Below are positions 12,861-26,742 of a stretch of DNA of 64,000 nt, in pieces. Under the pieces are notes generated by a model. It had not been told where the DNA came from. It made no database searches and saw nothing but the letters and a program-made list of their open reading frames with translations. The stretch comes from Blasia pusilla (Eukaryota). Location: positions 45,198,001-45,262,000 of the forward strand of contig CM114271.1 of assembly GCA_050084515.1 (NCBI GenBank), given 5' to 3'. The stretch's first letter is position 1. The number at the start of each line of letters is the position of its first letter. The translations under genes and the position numbers were made by a program.

Positions 12861-15800
12861 TGTGAAATAATAGAGGGTTGGTAGAAACTGAAAGACGGTA
12901 TATATGATTATAATAAGAATATATATATATATATATATGTGTGTGAAAAGGTAAAATATGAAATATGAGTATATATTTTAGAAATGTACATTGGAGATGA
13001 TAAGACCACAATCATAGAGTTTGGAATAGCTTCAGCTTCATGATGTTCTATAGTTGGCTTGCCAAAAATGTTGTTTCTAGAAATGATTCATAAGAGATTT
13101 AAGACGAGGTAGAAAGCATCAATAATAAAAATATATGAAGCATACCTTAATAGCTTGAGCATGAAAATCATCAGTAGCCAGAGCCTTGACTTCCTCTGCA
13201 GGAAGTAGATTCGTTGACACTTGATGAATATTCAATTGGGCCAAATTATTATGCCTTCTTCTCTAGCCTTATGCTCGTGCAACTTGAAGCATAACATGTA
13301 ATCCTTGAGGGTTGGACAGAAGTGGAAGACTGAGAAAAAAAGATTTAAAAAAATGAAGTCACAATAATCAAATTAACAACTTAAATTAAAGAAACCAATT
13401 TTTTAAATTATTTTGTGATGAAGCATACATAGGAGACGATGCAGTGTCTATTGAAGCATGAAGATTCCCATCGATAAGTGTTACGATCAACCTGCACAAA
13501 AAATCTTCAAAAAATCACCGTAGGAAAATTTTTTCCAACTATTATAATATAAAGTAGAAAAGTTATATAGAAATAAATATCTCATATTATTTGCACTAGG
13601 TGAGTCATCAATGATGGGTGGTTGTAATTCTTCCATCAATGGAACATTCATAATAGTTTGAATATGACTTAATTGAATTAAATTAGCATGTCTTCGCTTT
13701 TGTCCTTGAGCTCTTGCAATTTGATATACATCACGTAACCGTTAAGCGCTCAATGGATCTGGAAGTCTAGAGCACAAATATGAAAAATATTAAAGTCAAA
13801 AAAACGTAGAGTATTCACATATGGTTACGGTACCATTGTGTAATCATAATGCTAAGCATCCTTACATTAAAGATGAAAAAGTCGTGGAATGAGTTACTAA
13901 TCGCATATCTTGAACCTCCCTCCTGTTTCTTTGAGATGATGCCTTTCTTGCCTCCTTATGTGCAAGCTTCTTTGTTGCCACATAAACACGTGTAGAAGAC
14001 AATGGACTATATGAAATATAGTTGTCATGGTCCACATTAGGTAAAGTGACTACGTGGGTAATGTCTATGAATGGACTTTCTTCATTTTGCTCCGATGGTT
14101 CTTGAGTTTCATGCATATTGTGACAATATCAATTATCATACAATAAGATCTATGGTCAATATTTTGGAAATAAATGAAGAAAAAAAGTTGAGATGACCAT
14201 TTCTATAAAAACTTATACATTAACTTCTATCCACAAATATTCATTCTAAATACAAAGTACAATTATATGTAAATTAAAATATTTATAAAAATAGAAGATG
14301 GTAAATTCATTCTAGTGGATAATAAGACTCAGCCGTACTTATCTCACTTGAGTTTTTAGAGCAAATTGTATGACCATCACTTAATTCCCATGACCTAAAA
14401 CGGTAAGGATCGCGGAAAAACGGAAGGTTAGACGTTAGAGGCTATGCGGAAGGGATGCAATCATCTATAGAACCTGTATCTCCTTCTCCATCATCATCTC
14501 CACCAAATTGTAGTGAAATAGAATGATGATTTTAAATTCTAGATGCACTCTCATTATAGTTACATCTATCATCATTTATCGATGGGTTTATAATATCATT
14601 TGGAGTATTTTAAAATTCGACGATAGAACAACGTTAGGACTTGAAGCATTATTCCCACTTAAAAAACCGACAATGGAACATAGCTTGGACTTGATATTTG
14701 TATCACGTCTACAATACTAGGGTTTAGGGACGTACAATCCCTTATGTGTTCATCAAGAGGGACATAAAACTCACAATCACTATATTGTATCTAATTTGCA
14801 CTCATTTCTAAAGTCATCTTTGGTAAGATCTGAAATATCCATGTTATACTTTAAATAACAATAAATATATAGATCACAAAAATAGACTAAATAGAAAAAT
14901 ATATTAAATGTATATGTTACTAAAAAAACTTACTTTAACATACATTTCTCAGTGACGAAAGATGCCAACGGTGGTTGTTCGCCACAGTGCAAGCCGATTG
15001 TTGCTTGTGTAGGTGGACGTAGCGACCTCGAGCCATGGATGAACCTAGAATTTTATCATCTTGACTTCCCTAGTTTCCTCGAAGCAAGAAAATTGATACA
15101 TGCGCGTTCTTGAGGGCCCTACAAAGTTGGGCAAGCATGGGGAGCTGCTCGCCCTTTCAAGCAAATGTAGTGATGAACCTTCACAAAAAACACCAATGGC
15201 TTTTGGATGTTGATGTGATCCACAAACGTAACCAGAGGGGTGTTGAAATGGTGTCACCACATCAAACACCGTGCGAGTTTTGGGATTTGCAACGCATCAA
15301 TTATCATCATATGTGCGCCTAAATGGAGTGAGGATCGTCTAGAGGAGGCAATGCATAATATAGAGTCTAGAGTCATCACACTGGAGAGGGTATCATGTCA
15401 AACATGATTTATAGCTCAAACAAGTGATTCTTATTGCACGAATGCAATACTTACGCCGAGCACAAATGTGTTGCAATCGTACTTTGTCAAGCATTGTTAG
15501 GCATTAGGGATTAGCGGCTCGAGGAAGTAGGAACTAACCATAGGAGATTTAAAAACTTGTTTCTCGCACTTCCATGTCTAAAATTTTGCTCTTTATTGAT
15601 GCGGGGCTCCTACTTCCAAACGGAGGTATTATGTAGTTAGAACTACATAGGGCTCTTAAGTTTGTGAAACACGATTATGCTTAAATCAGGGAAGAGATGA
15701 GATCATTGAGTTGGGATTTTCAAGGCCTAAATTTTTGCATGAAAGCATGTACCGAGAGTGTCATGATATAGGACTCACAAAAAATGAGTGACAAGAGAAA

Positions 15801-16249
15801 AAAAAAGTGCAAATCTCGGGACCTCGACTTAATTTCTATACAGAGCCTATCTTGTAATTTCTGTCCACAATCCATTTCCATCAATTGAGATATTGAAGCT
15901 ATATGAAGGAAGCCCTCATATCTTGGGTAAAACCACTCTCTCAAGATAACAAGAGTCCCTCACATGGAAATAGAAAATGAAAAAAAAATCTAAGATCCCC
16001 TGTGCGAATTTGATTCAAGATTGCGATCGCCTCTTCAAAGTTGCTTATGCCTAGTAATCGTGGTGACATTGAGCCATGAGTAGAATTTCCATAGTGGAGA
16101 GAGATGGTTTGGGACAGAGATGGTGGATAGAGATTTTCAATTTATCTTGAAATTCCCTCCATCTTGACTACGAGCTTCAGAGTTTGTGATAAATTCTAGA
16201 AGGAATCTTTGGCTGATAATGCTTTCACCACCTTCAATCTGACAATGCC

Positions 16250-16590
16250 TCCACTTGTGTCACCACCTTCTTCAGTTCGTTCGACAATAATGTTAATTTT
16301 GCTCCGACTTAGAGAGAGCGGCTCTTTGATTTGCACTTCTAAAGCTAATGAGCGAACAAGTGTCTTACCACAGCTAGTTAATTCAAAAAGTAGTATTACT
16401 GATCAAACAAGTATCTGATCAGATAAAATCTCCTTCAAATATAAGACCGTGGAAAAAAATCCCATCTCATTCAAATATAAGGCACTAGATTTTTTAACTT
16501 TTTCTCACAACTGTACATTTCAAATGACTACTTTTGTACGGGCTTCACTTCTTTGGGAGAAAGAGTTACCAAAAGAAGTAACCTCCTCCT
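16250..16590. repeat. Dispersed repeat, copy 1 (second copy ~43785-44175)
   Basis: Shared blocks CACCACCTTCTTCA, TCTCATTCAAATATAAGGCA and GGGCTTCA.TTCTTTGGGA..TTACCAAAAGA.GTAACC, in the same order. Confidence 0.7.
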
Positions 16591-16659
16591 CATATTATAG
16601 TATAGATGCCATCTACTATGACGTTCATGGATTGGTTAGTACAAGAAGATCAAATACAC

Positions 16660-17700
16660 AAGGTTGAGATACTAGGCATTCATTTTGAAATCAAGAGGGA
16701 GTTGTGCCTGAACAGATTTCCTTATTGGATTATGAGTACATACCGATACATTGATACATGTGCTGATTAAAGGGTTTGATCAGAAACTAGACCCAAATGA
16801 AGGGAAGTATGGCAAAGAGGTATATATAAGGTGAGGCTATGTTCAATACATCCTAGTTGTTGGGTCACCTTTACATTATCAAACTCATGGCACGTACATC
16901 TAGGATGATGGATGATGAGTACAGTGACGATAATAACGAGGAAAGAGGATATGGAGGCTATAAAAGGGTAGATTTGATTGAGGCATAGCACTCCTAAGCA
17001 CACACATATGTTCCTATGAATAGCTTATGAATGTTGGGACGGTTTGGAGAGGGATCCACACCCCATTACAACACCACAAGCGTAATTTCCTTGAGTAAGA
17101 ACCTACATGATTGCTATTCTTCAACAACATTGTGTCAAAGAAGACATGACGGATTACCCAAAATTATACCCTTATGTTGTGGAGAGAGATATCACCACTC
17201 CTAACTACGCTGAATCATTCACACATTAATGAAGGGGGTGGGGGGGTGGAAATTTTGAATTAGTGGATTGGATGATCGACGTACATAGTATGAAGATAAC
17301 CGAGTATGTTGCACTTATGAAAGAAAAGCCTGAATTCGTATCTGGTCCACTTTGGCGGATAAGGTACCGATTCAATGAAGAGTGTGGAGGCATGCAACTC
17401 CAAAGCTAACGTGATCATAAATAAAACAAAAGAGCAAGAGTCACAACCATACAAACATGAAAAAAACATTGTTCGAGGGGATATCGTATACTTTGGAGTG
17501 TTTGATGCGGTGTTAGAGTTGGACTTCCATGACTTCCAAGTGACGCCTTGCGATATGGATGTTATTAGATACCCCTTCTGGGCCCAACGCTCTTTATAGT
17601 CATGGATGATTGGGGTGTGTTTAGGGTTGACACCTAATTCAACAAACATGACAACAGAGAGAGCAATGAGCGTTTCATCTTTCCCTTACAAGTGGAGTAG
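16660..17700 (+). pseudogene. CACTA (En/Spm) transposase C-terminal fragment (DUF4218/DUF4216-like)
   Basis: From 16767, LKGLIRN*TQMKGSMAKRYI*GEAM resembles LKxYVRNxARPEGSIAEGY. ORF 17375-17599 has YFGVFDAVLELDF, resembling YYGxLxxIxELDY. Confidence 0.65.
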
Positions 17701-20700
17701 TGTTTCTATATTGATTCATCATCTATCCCTTCAGATGTGGAATTATGTTGTGAGACAAATCTCAAGGAATAGATAGAATTTGTAATAATGTAGAGTGATA
17801 GACGTTACACACTACGTGAACATTACACAATTTTATTACAATATAATGGATAATTCATGTCTTCAATGACTAAGTCCCTAATCTATAGCACATTCATAAG
17901 AAAAGTTTTTTTTCTTAATATTTACGAGTTTGCATAATCGTCTCCATGCTATTTGTATGGTTTCTCACAACTTGAGCTTATCATCAATTCACTCAAGCAG
18001 ATTGCACATTGTTCAACATAGTATTCCTAGCCCTTGAAGCTTTGAGGCTCTTCATTATCAAGCACATACTTCTTACATTTCAACTTTTTGTGTGCTCTTG
18101 GGTTTGAAGTCTTCCCACTGTGTGCTTGCTATCAAGCATAATGTTTCATTTGTAGCTTAAGATGTCCTTTGATGTTTTAGTAGACCTACGATTGGCATTT
18201 GGACTTCATTGTTGCATGCAAAGACAAGAGCATGCTTCTCTCCACAGAAACCAAAAAAACACAACCTCTTGCTTCTTATTACTCGCACTTAGCTGCCAGC
18301 CAAGTGTGGCTCCCTGTAATTACAATGGAAGAACAACTATTTATACTCACAAACTAGCCACAACTTGCGAACTTACAAGGACTCGCAAAGGAGTTGCACA
18401 AAGTGGACTTGGAATGGCGTTGAAAATTAGCCGCTTTTGGAAAAAAATGGCTTCCCAATCGATCTTGACACCTCTATCCCCAATAGTATACGAGCTTCAA
18501 ATGATTGGATAAGAATGCAACATATTAACATATGGCAAGGTGCAACAACACTCTACAACCTACATCCCTTAGACTAGCATAAGAAACAAACATATATCCA
18601 AGGTATCCCACACATGGGTCTATGCCTCCGCCCCATATGTCACAATACTCAATAGAGATATACCCATCCAGAGAACAACCCACGTATCCAAAACCATGGA
18701 AAACCTCTTACAAGTGCACATGAGATCGTAACTACGATGGTTGACCTAAGTCTGCTAGTCATCCCCAACTTGCTTTGAGTTAGGGTGGAGTCATCCCCAA
18801 CTCTACGAAGCAACGATGTTACTCCTCATAGATCCGAAGTTCATCCCCAACTTGCTATTGACACCATAGGTCCTTCTTGGATGGAAAGGCATGCATATTC
18901 CTATGGGACTCAACATGACGCATTATAGATAGAACAACGAGAGAGCACCAATTGCATTTGACGCCGATAGTCGGAAGGCGGGAGGGGCCGGGGGAACCAC
19001 ACAAAGCTGTTCCCAACCTTTTTGTCGAAACAAAAGAAATACTTACACGTCGGGGACCAAGAAGAAAAAGAGTTGGTGCATATCCATCCATATCATTACA
19101 TTTGATCCGAATATGTGCATTCAGACATGACACCTAGAATATACCCGAAGGAACTTGCGATAAGATTCGGATGCCGGAAGGGAGCAAACCTCTGCTCGTT
19201 TTCATTCATTCATGTGGCTAGAAGCGAACATGCGGTCGAGGCTGTCGGACCGTAGAAGGGACAAAACGCAAAGTTCTCGTCGTCGACATGGGGACGTGGG
19301 GGTTATGGTTCACATGATGCAGAGCAGGAAGAAGCTGACAACCAAAGAGCGCTCGAGAATCCCCGGAGTGAGGCGCTCCACTGCTTCCAAGCTCCACCAC
19401 TCGAGTCCGTCCGCCTGTGATCAGCGCCGACTGCTGCCGACACCGCGGAGCGAGAAGAAGCAGCCGAAGCTCCCAAGCGAGAGGATGCGTAGCCGAGACT
19501 GACAACAGCACTCGGCGGTCGAGCGAGCGAGGGAGCGCAAAGCTGAGGCGCTGAGGGTGAGGATTTGGCGGTGGAGGGCAGGGCAGGGCAGGGCAGGAGG
19601 TGGCGCACGACCCGAGTCGCCCGACCGGATGGAGGAAAAGGCGTCGGGGAAAGGAAAGGTGTTGATGAAGACACCCACGAAATTAGCCGATTCGACTACA
19701 GTGCATTATTATTGTGTGGGCTCCTGTTGTTCATGTCCTCTTCCGGCGTCCGGCGGGGAGCCGTCCGTGTTCACCCGCGGTAACCGCACGGGCCATAATG
19801 AGTCGGTCTCGCAGGGACAATGGCAGGGGGCCACCTAGCCCTGAGGCAAGGAGGCATGTTAGTCAACATCAGTGAATAAATAAATTAAATAAAAATTTAA
19901 TAAACTGGTTTATTTATTTATTCGTAAAGGCGACGTCGACAATTTTAGTGGCGGGGGACCGTGTACCGGCGCCACAGGAGGGCGTTGGTGACCAATGGTT
20001 GGTTGGTTGGTTGGTTGGTTTATTTATTTATTTATTATTTATTACCGATGGGAACAGGAAAGCCCATGAATCATGACGAGTCTTGGAGCACAATCCAAGT
20101 TCCCGGGAACCGCGGAGCTCCGGCGAAGAAAGGAGGTTGGTTGTTTCCTTATACCACGGGTTGAGCCGGGATGCGCAACTAAACCCATAAAGAGAAGCTG
20201 GACGTTCGCCACACCAGCTTGCACCGTCCCCTCCACTTCTCTCGACCTCTTCACTCGCCCCCGCCCTCCTCCTCCTCGTCGTCGTCCATTCTCTGCATTG
20301 GACGAGTGTCGCTCGTGGTGAACTCCCTGAGTCGGTGCTGGAAGCGATATCAGACAGGGAATTCCTCAGACTTTGATTGGAGCCGAGTTAGGTCCTACGC
20401 CTTCAGTCTGTTTGCCGACAGTTTGCCAGGCGGTTCGTTGTGGGATTCCGACGCAATCGTTACCGAGCGAGACTGGTTCTTTGGTGAATTGCTGATGACC
20501 GACCGGAGCCAGGGATTGCTGGCGTGCCTCCTTTTGCTACTCTAGATGAGAGTGATCCATTTCCTTCAACATTGATTCTGACAATTTGTCGTTGAAGGTC
20601 CGGGGCAAACGGCGTCGTCTGGCAGGGAAGGAAACGGACCGGGGCGGTGCAATTCATCCTACTTGGAGTGTTGGTCGTTGAGGAACTGGTGAGGCCAAAT

Positions 20701-20899
20701 CCTACCGGTGGCTGTTCTGCGTTGAACGCGCACCTTCATAGAGAATTCGGAGCTGGTCGAAAGGAGACGTCCGGAAGCTGACTGTTGCACGATTCCCTAC
20801 CTCTGTCGATTAAAAATCTACAGCCCTGGCCGAGTTTGAGGTACCGCTGATCTCTGTGGAGTGGTCCAGTAACCTCTCGGGTTTCAAAGTGGGGTCATC

Positions 20900-21687
20900 A
20901 CGGCTGCGGTAAATTACTCGCGTGCCCGTTTGAGTCAGAAGTTCAACACTATTGAAGGGCAAGGTTCTGTGAATTTCTTGGGTTCTCCTTCCTTGCACGG
21001 AGGTCGGGGGGCCACCCCGTCGGAGGGCGGGCAACCCTCAGATCTCACGTATTTGGCAGGCGGAGGTTCCCATCTCGCTTTCCGACACTTTCTTGAACCT
21101 CCAGCGAGTGAGCTAGAGGGTCCTTCTGCTTCCTTTGCGAAGGTTAATCAAGAGAGTGAAAGGAGCAGGCATCATGTTGACCATCCGGAGGGTGCCAACT
21201 ATGGTGTCTGTCAATCAGGGGTCTGGAGCTGCCGACTCCACCATGTCGGGTACTTCTTCTTACCAATTCTTCTCACGGTCAATTTTGTTGTTGTTGAAGA
21301 CGGTCTTCTGATTATTAGTTTCTTACATTTTATTGCGTGTCTGCCTTCAACAAGTAGCTGATGTCAAAAATTTGTGTTCGGGGCACGATACTTTGTCATT
21401 TTGTGATATCGAAATGATTGAAGAATTTGTGGCCAATGTCGGCATTCTATGATCGAATCCTCCTTACGTTTTTGTTTGTCGAAGTCTTTACCTTAAATAT
21501 CGAGGAATATCAGTTGGCTGCGTGTTCAAAGGGTAGATGGAGGTATGTTAGAGAATTCATTTCTCGCCTGGAGATGTGCGTGTCATAATTTAAGGAGAAT
21601 GAAGAAGGTAGGTACTAATTCTTAATATGCTATTTTTCGTTTGCGTCCAGAGTTGAAGCTTCCCCTTTACTGCTATGGCCAGCGTGA
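20900..21687 (+). promoter_or_regulatory. Conserved non-AUG (ACG) upstream ORF of GGP/VTC2 (ascorbate feedback uORF); spliced 20900-21249 + 21651-21687
   Basis: ACG in ATCACGGCT context at 20900, in frame with the conserved peptide HGGRGATPSEGGQPSDLTYLAGGG. No stop before the main ATG; after splicing the stop is TGA 21685-21687. Confidence 0.85.
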
Positions 21688-24179
21688 TACAACAAAAGTC
21701 GTCATCAATCAAGGTGATAATCGTTTAATCGCTGCCGATCGTGACCATGCGGAGGGTCAAGATAGTGACGATGGCTTCTCTCTCGATTCCTTGCTCCTCT
21801 CACAGGTTTTGCATCAAATTCCTCAAAACTTTCTTTCTTTGTTGACGGGACATGAGTTCGGTGGTTAATTCTACCCTGGAGTTCGTCTATGGCTTAACCA
21901 CATAGTGGATCTTTGTTTGTTATGAGGACTTTTGTTGCTCTAGCTCCGTCCTCTGTCGGAGGCTTTCAGTTTTGAGAGGGTTAGCTGTCGTCGGATATTT
22001 GGCAATATCCCGTTCGTTTCGACTTCCTTGCATTGGAGGGGAGTGGTTCATTAAACTAAGACCGATTTTCATGTGCTTTTGACAGTGGGAGGATCGCATG
22101 GTGAAGGGGCTTTTCCGATATGATGTTACTGCCTGCGAGACAAAGGTGACTGATCTACAAATCTCTTTGTATCCATACTTTGTGAAGTGTAAATGCTCAT
22201 TCGCTTCTGAAAGATCTGAGCAACCTAACCATCAGGATCACTTCTGAACTGGGACTGAAGGATGTTGCGAAATTCAGGAAGGTGGAGACTGCTGGTTGGT
22301 TGTTTTTTAACGCAATGGCTCTCCTCATAATGAAGTCTGCATTGCTTGGTTGTGTAGGTGTTGCCAGGTTCGTACGGATTTATTGCCCAGCTTAATGAGG
22401 GACGACACTCGAAGAAGCGCCCGACAGAATTTCGCGTAGATCAAGTCCTTCAGCCTTATGATCCCAAAAAGTTTAATTTTACAAAAGTCGATCAAGAAGA
22501 GCTGCTTTTCGCATTCGACGAGAACAACAACAGCGGCAGTGTCTACGTGGACGCAGAACTTGTCGGAGATAGTCCCAATGTGGTTGCAATCAATGTAAGT
22601 AGTGAACACCGAGGTTTCATATCTGTTCTGATCTCTATCTAGAAACTGTTGATGTGTAAAACTGCATCAGACATCTTCCACAGGTTTTGCTGCCATCCGT
22701 TCTAAATCCATTGTCCACCTCATCTACGCCAGATGATCTGACAGAGGTTTTCTTGAAATAACTCGCGTCCTGAGAATTTTCTTGGAGTTGGAAAACGTAT
22801 GTTATTCGGCATTGTGTGGCTTGTGCTCCTCATTCATAATAAGAAGCAGCAGTATACCTGATCCATCGATAATTCTATGCGAAATGCAGTTGGCATTGTG
22901 CCTGAAGTTTGTCAAAAAATTTTAGGTCTTAGATCTCGAACTCACCTTTCCACTTGTTCTAATCCAGCTTGTTCGTCTTGCAGGTGAGCCCCATTGAGTA
23001 TGGCCATGTTCTTCTAGTACCGCATGTCAGGTCTCAGTACCCACAGAGGATCTGTGCTGAAACGTTTTTATTGGCGCTCCACATGACTGTAGAAGTGAAT
23101 AATCCTTACTTCCGTCTTGGCTACAACAGTCTTGGCGCTTTTGCCACCATCAACCATCTTCACTATCAGGTATTGGAACTTGGATGAACTTGGAGAACTG
23201 CTCTGGTGGTGTTGCACATGAGTAGGTTTATTTTAGCTTCATCTTGTGGTTAGGTCTGCTTTCTGGTATTATCAATTATTTAGAACGTAGACACGAGTAT
23301 CCGTTAAGGATGCAAACTTACTAGTTGTCAAAATAATCTTTGTGCAGGCATATTACCTCAATGTTCCTTTTCCTATTGAGCGCGCTGAAACTAAAAAGAT
23401 AGCTCGCACCCGCCGGTCAGGAGGTTGTAAAATTTCCGAGCTAGTCAACTATCCAGTACGGACTGTGGTATACCAGGTTGGGGATAGCTTGAAAGAACTA
23501 GCAAATGTTGTGGCAAAGGCATGCATCGCCTTACAGGACGACAACATACCTTTTAATGTCCTCATTGCAGATTGTGGAGCACGTGTTTTCCTCATCCCTC
23601 AGGTGTGTGAACAGGTTCCTTCCAGCAACAGTTGATGATGTCAGCCTGTCATGGACGTTTGCAATAGTACTCGGCGAGTTGTTTCTTCTCGCTAGACAGT
23701 ATAATAGTTCTATGTCAGATTTGTCAGTTAGTGAGGACTTCAACCGTGTATTACTATGGCGTGAGAATTTCAGTAGTCTGCAGTTTCAATGGCAGGGGGC
23801 TAGACGTCTAATGACTGGCTCTTTGTATCTGCATCCGAAGTGTTATGCAGAGAAACAAGCCCGTGGAGAAGTGGATCAAACGATTCTTGACACGCAAGTC
23901 AATCCCGCAGTGTGGGAAATCAGTGGCCATATTGTCTTGAAACGTAGGGATGATTTTGACATTGCGTCTGAAGAGTATGCCAAAAGGCTTTTGGCGGAGG
24001 TGTCCCTGTCAGAGGAACGGTTCACGCAGGTGAAACAGATGTGCAAAGATGTTGGCGAATTTGACAGCTTGGATACACATGATGAGGGTCTAAAATCTGG
24101 GTACGCAGGGCGTGCAACAGTTAAAAATTTCAAGTTTGGTGCAGGTTGCCCAAACCTTTGTGACGATTGGGCTGTTTGA
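21174..24179 (+). CDS. VTC2: GDP-L-galactose phosphorylase (ascorbate biosynthesis), 7 coding exons: 21174-21249, 21651-21805, 22086-22145, 22358-22594, 22984-23169, 23348-23602, 23841-24179 (1308 nt, 435 aa)
   Basis: MLTIRRVPTMVS start, KLPLY, WEDRMVKGLFRYDVTACETK, GFIAQLNEGRHSKKRPTEFRVD, INVSPIEYGHVLL, HIT-type GYNSLGAFATINHLHYQ, QVNPAVWEISGH. All introns are GT..AG with compatible phases. VTC2 versus VTC5 orthology cannot be resolved. Confidence 0.95.
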
Positions 24180-25927
24180 ATCGAAAGTATCTCCCAGTTG
24201 TTAAACTGGAAGATTATTGTATCAAATGTAAAGAAAGTCAATATTTCTTACAAGCTGTGAATATCGCAGCAATTTCTATAATATACACTATTCCTTAATA
24301 CAGATCGTCTCGGAGCTGGTCTCTTATTCATTGCGATCGAGCATCGCCATGTATGCCGATGTGCGCACGCTCTAGTAACAATCGGTCATTAACGCAGCGC
24401 AGCAAACACTCTGAACATGCTTGTTGACAGGAAATTCTCACTCTCCACACTGAAGAAAAACTCGGATCGGTTGGATGTGTGGATAATACTCGTTTCACGA
24501 CCAATACTCTGTGAAAACGCGGAATGTAGACCATGGAGACCACCAGTCGTTACTAGTAGTTTTGCGGGCTAAGATACGATTGTGGAACAGGCAAAACTCT
24601 GACGAACTCTGCCTCGGAAGACATGCCCTCAGTTGTCGCCATCTTTGCAGGGGGTAAAATGCCGTCGGACTTCGTCTAAGCGGGAAGAGGCGAAAGAGTT
24701 TCGAACCGGAGTTCTCATCGTCGACGATAGCAACATGATCTACAGCGCGGCAGTCAACAGGACCTTGGAATGATAGTCAGAGTCGTGAAGTAAATACTAG
24801 TGAGGTCGGTTGAAGCTGCGAAAGTGGAAGAGTAGTCAAGGTCGGATCAGTGGAGCAAGGTGAATACTTGAAGGAATCTTCTGCATGTCATCCATCTATT
24901 CTCAAGAGAGGTATAGGAGTATGAATAGGAATGATTTAAAAGCAACCGTGGGTGCCCTTAGGGTTTAGGGTTCAGGTGCACTTCCATGGCTAAGGTGGAC
25001 GAGACGTTCACACTAGCGAAAAAAACTCCCTTCTACCTAAATGCTCTTCTTAGCTTCGTTGATGTTTGATCTTTGTACACCTCATGTGAACAAGCGCTCG
25101 CCAAAAGTCTTCTTCGATGTGGTTCAAGGCGACACTATGGGTTAATGTGCGGAATATTTTCTATCTTTAACTCAATACTTTGTGCATTGACCATATGATA
25201 AGGAATGAAAGGGTTTTCCATTATGCAATCCCATCTCCTTCATCTCGGATGTTCTTAAGTGGAAGGAATCACTTAAGAATAACCGAGTATAGATCTAATG
25301 GTGGTTGTTCACCTTTGCTACCTTAGTGTATTCTATTGATGAATATATTTCGTTCAAATATGGTAGCGCGGGCACATTTCAAATCTTTAGTTGTGGGAAA
25401 ACTCATAGACATTTTTTAATGTGAGTAGTTTTGCCAGCAATACCTTATGAGTAAAATGAAAGCATTCGTGTGCCATGTTTTATTGTTCTTTTTCCAAGTT
25501 GCCTATCCACGTATCTTCCAAATTTTTAAATCTGACTTGTTTTGGCAGCAATACCCGAGAAGTCGGAGGTATGTGGAAGAAAGTCAGTGAGCTTTTACTG
25601 AGACATAGGGAAATCATTAAGGCTCTTCCAAATACACCGTTCTTTTTCCTCTTTTCTCTCCATCTCACTATCCACACATGCTACAAATATTTTAGAATTC
25701 CTTTCTCCCCACCCCTCTCAAAGTGTTGCACGCTGTTTTACATATGTGTCAAACACTTGAAAAGTCTCATTTTAGGGAATGCATATGTAAGTTTAGCTCA
25801 CATGCATCATTAAAAATACATCTCCGCTCTGTATCAGGTCTCTATAAAGTCCTGGAACAAAACTATCGAGTTCCAAGGCACTCTACATGCGTCACCACTG
25901 AACAGGACCATGAACAATTGAGAAAAT

Positions 25928-26252
25928 CATGATCATTACTAATTGAACAAATGATAGGATGAAACTCAAAATACTCCATGGTTATGTGTTCATCCCACAA
26001 TAGTTACAACCATCCTGCATGGAGCGAGCCTCTATTTTACAATCATGTTAATTTCTTCCAAACACCTTGATTTTCACTTTAACTTGAACTCATGATCATT
26101 TCTACTTGAACAAACCATAGGACAAAGGTCAAAACACTTCATCATTATGTGTTCATCCCACAATGGTTACAACCATCTTGCATGGAGCGAGTCTCTATTT
26201 ACAATCATGTGAATATCTTCCAAACCCCTCAATTTTCACTTGAACTTGAACT
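25928..26252. repeat. Tandem duplication, ~163-bp unit x2
   Basis: Units start CATGATCATT at 25928 and 26091 and both end AACTTGAACT. Confidence 0.85.
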
Positions 26253-26604
26253 CTCATATGAATAAAAAACATTAAAAGCTCAACACGTGACCAACTAGCA
26301 TATGAAGCATGGCTATGTGTTGATCCAGTAGTGATCACGATGATCCCCTCTATAATTAATTTCCCTGTGTAGAATTTTAAATGATAATGAAAAACCCGCT
26401 AAATATCATCTCTGATTCATAAGACTCACAAGTATCCATCCATCATTGTATCACTAATGTTAACATTCGGAGGCCATAGGTGGATTGGTTAGCCAAAAAA
26501 TCTTTTTCTAGATAGTGATAGGCTACAACTTGATGGTATCAAATTGTGGGAGGAACTATGTGAGGCAAATCCAATAGTTCCATGTTTTAGACAGTTGAGA
26601 GCTT

Positions 26605-26740
26605 TGTTGTGCGCATACATATTGCTACACAACATACATCGCTGGTTACATCTACACCACACAACACCGATCTTCTCCATACACGGGTAGATCCACACAT
26701 GTACAGAAATCAACTCATTCATATATATGGAGATCACACA
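26605..26740 (-). repeat. Short TG..CA unit, distal copy (136 bp)
   Basis: Aligns with 27194-27312 (CCACACAACACCGATCTT, TAGATCCACACATGTA.AGAAATCAACTCAT, TGGAGATCA). Confidence 0.85.
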
Positions 26741-26742
26741 AC

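Noticed and set aside
19874-19923. 12-bp AT-rich inverted repeat
   Set aside because: Low-complexity TAAA/TTTA sequence; expected by chance.
22250-22262. Partial miR319-like sequence in GGP intron 3
   Set aside because: Only ~10 nt match and no foldback.
23505-24179. 224-aa ORF as a separate gene
   Set aside because: It is GGP exon 7 extended through intron 6 by a chance absence of stops.
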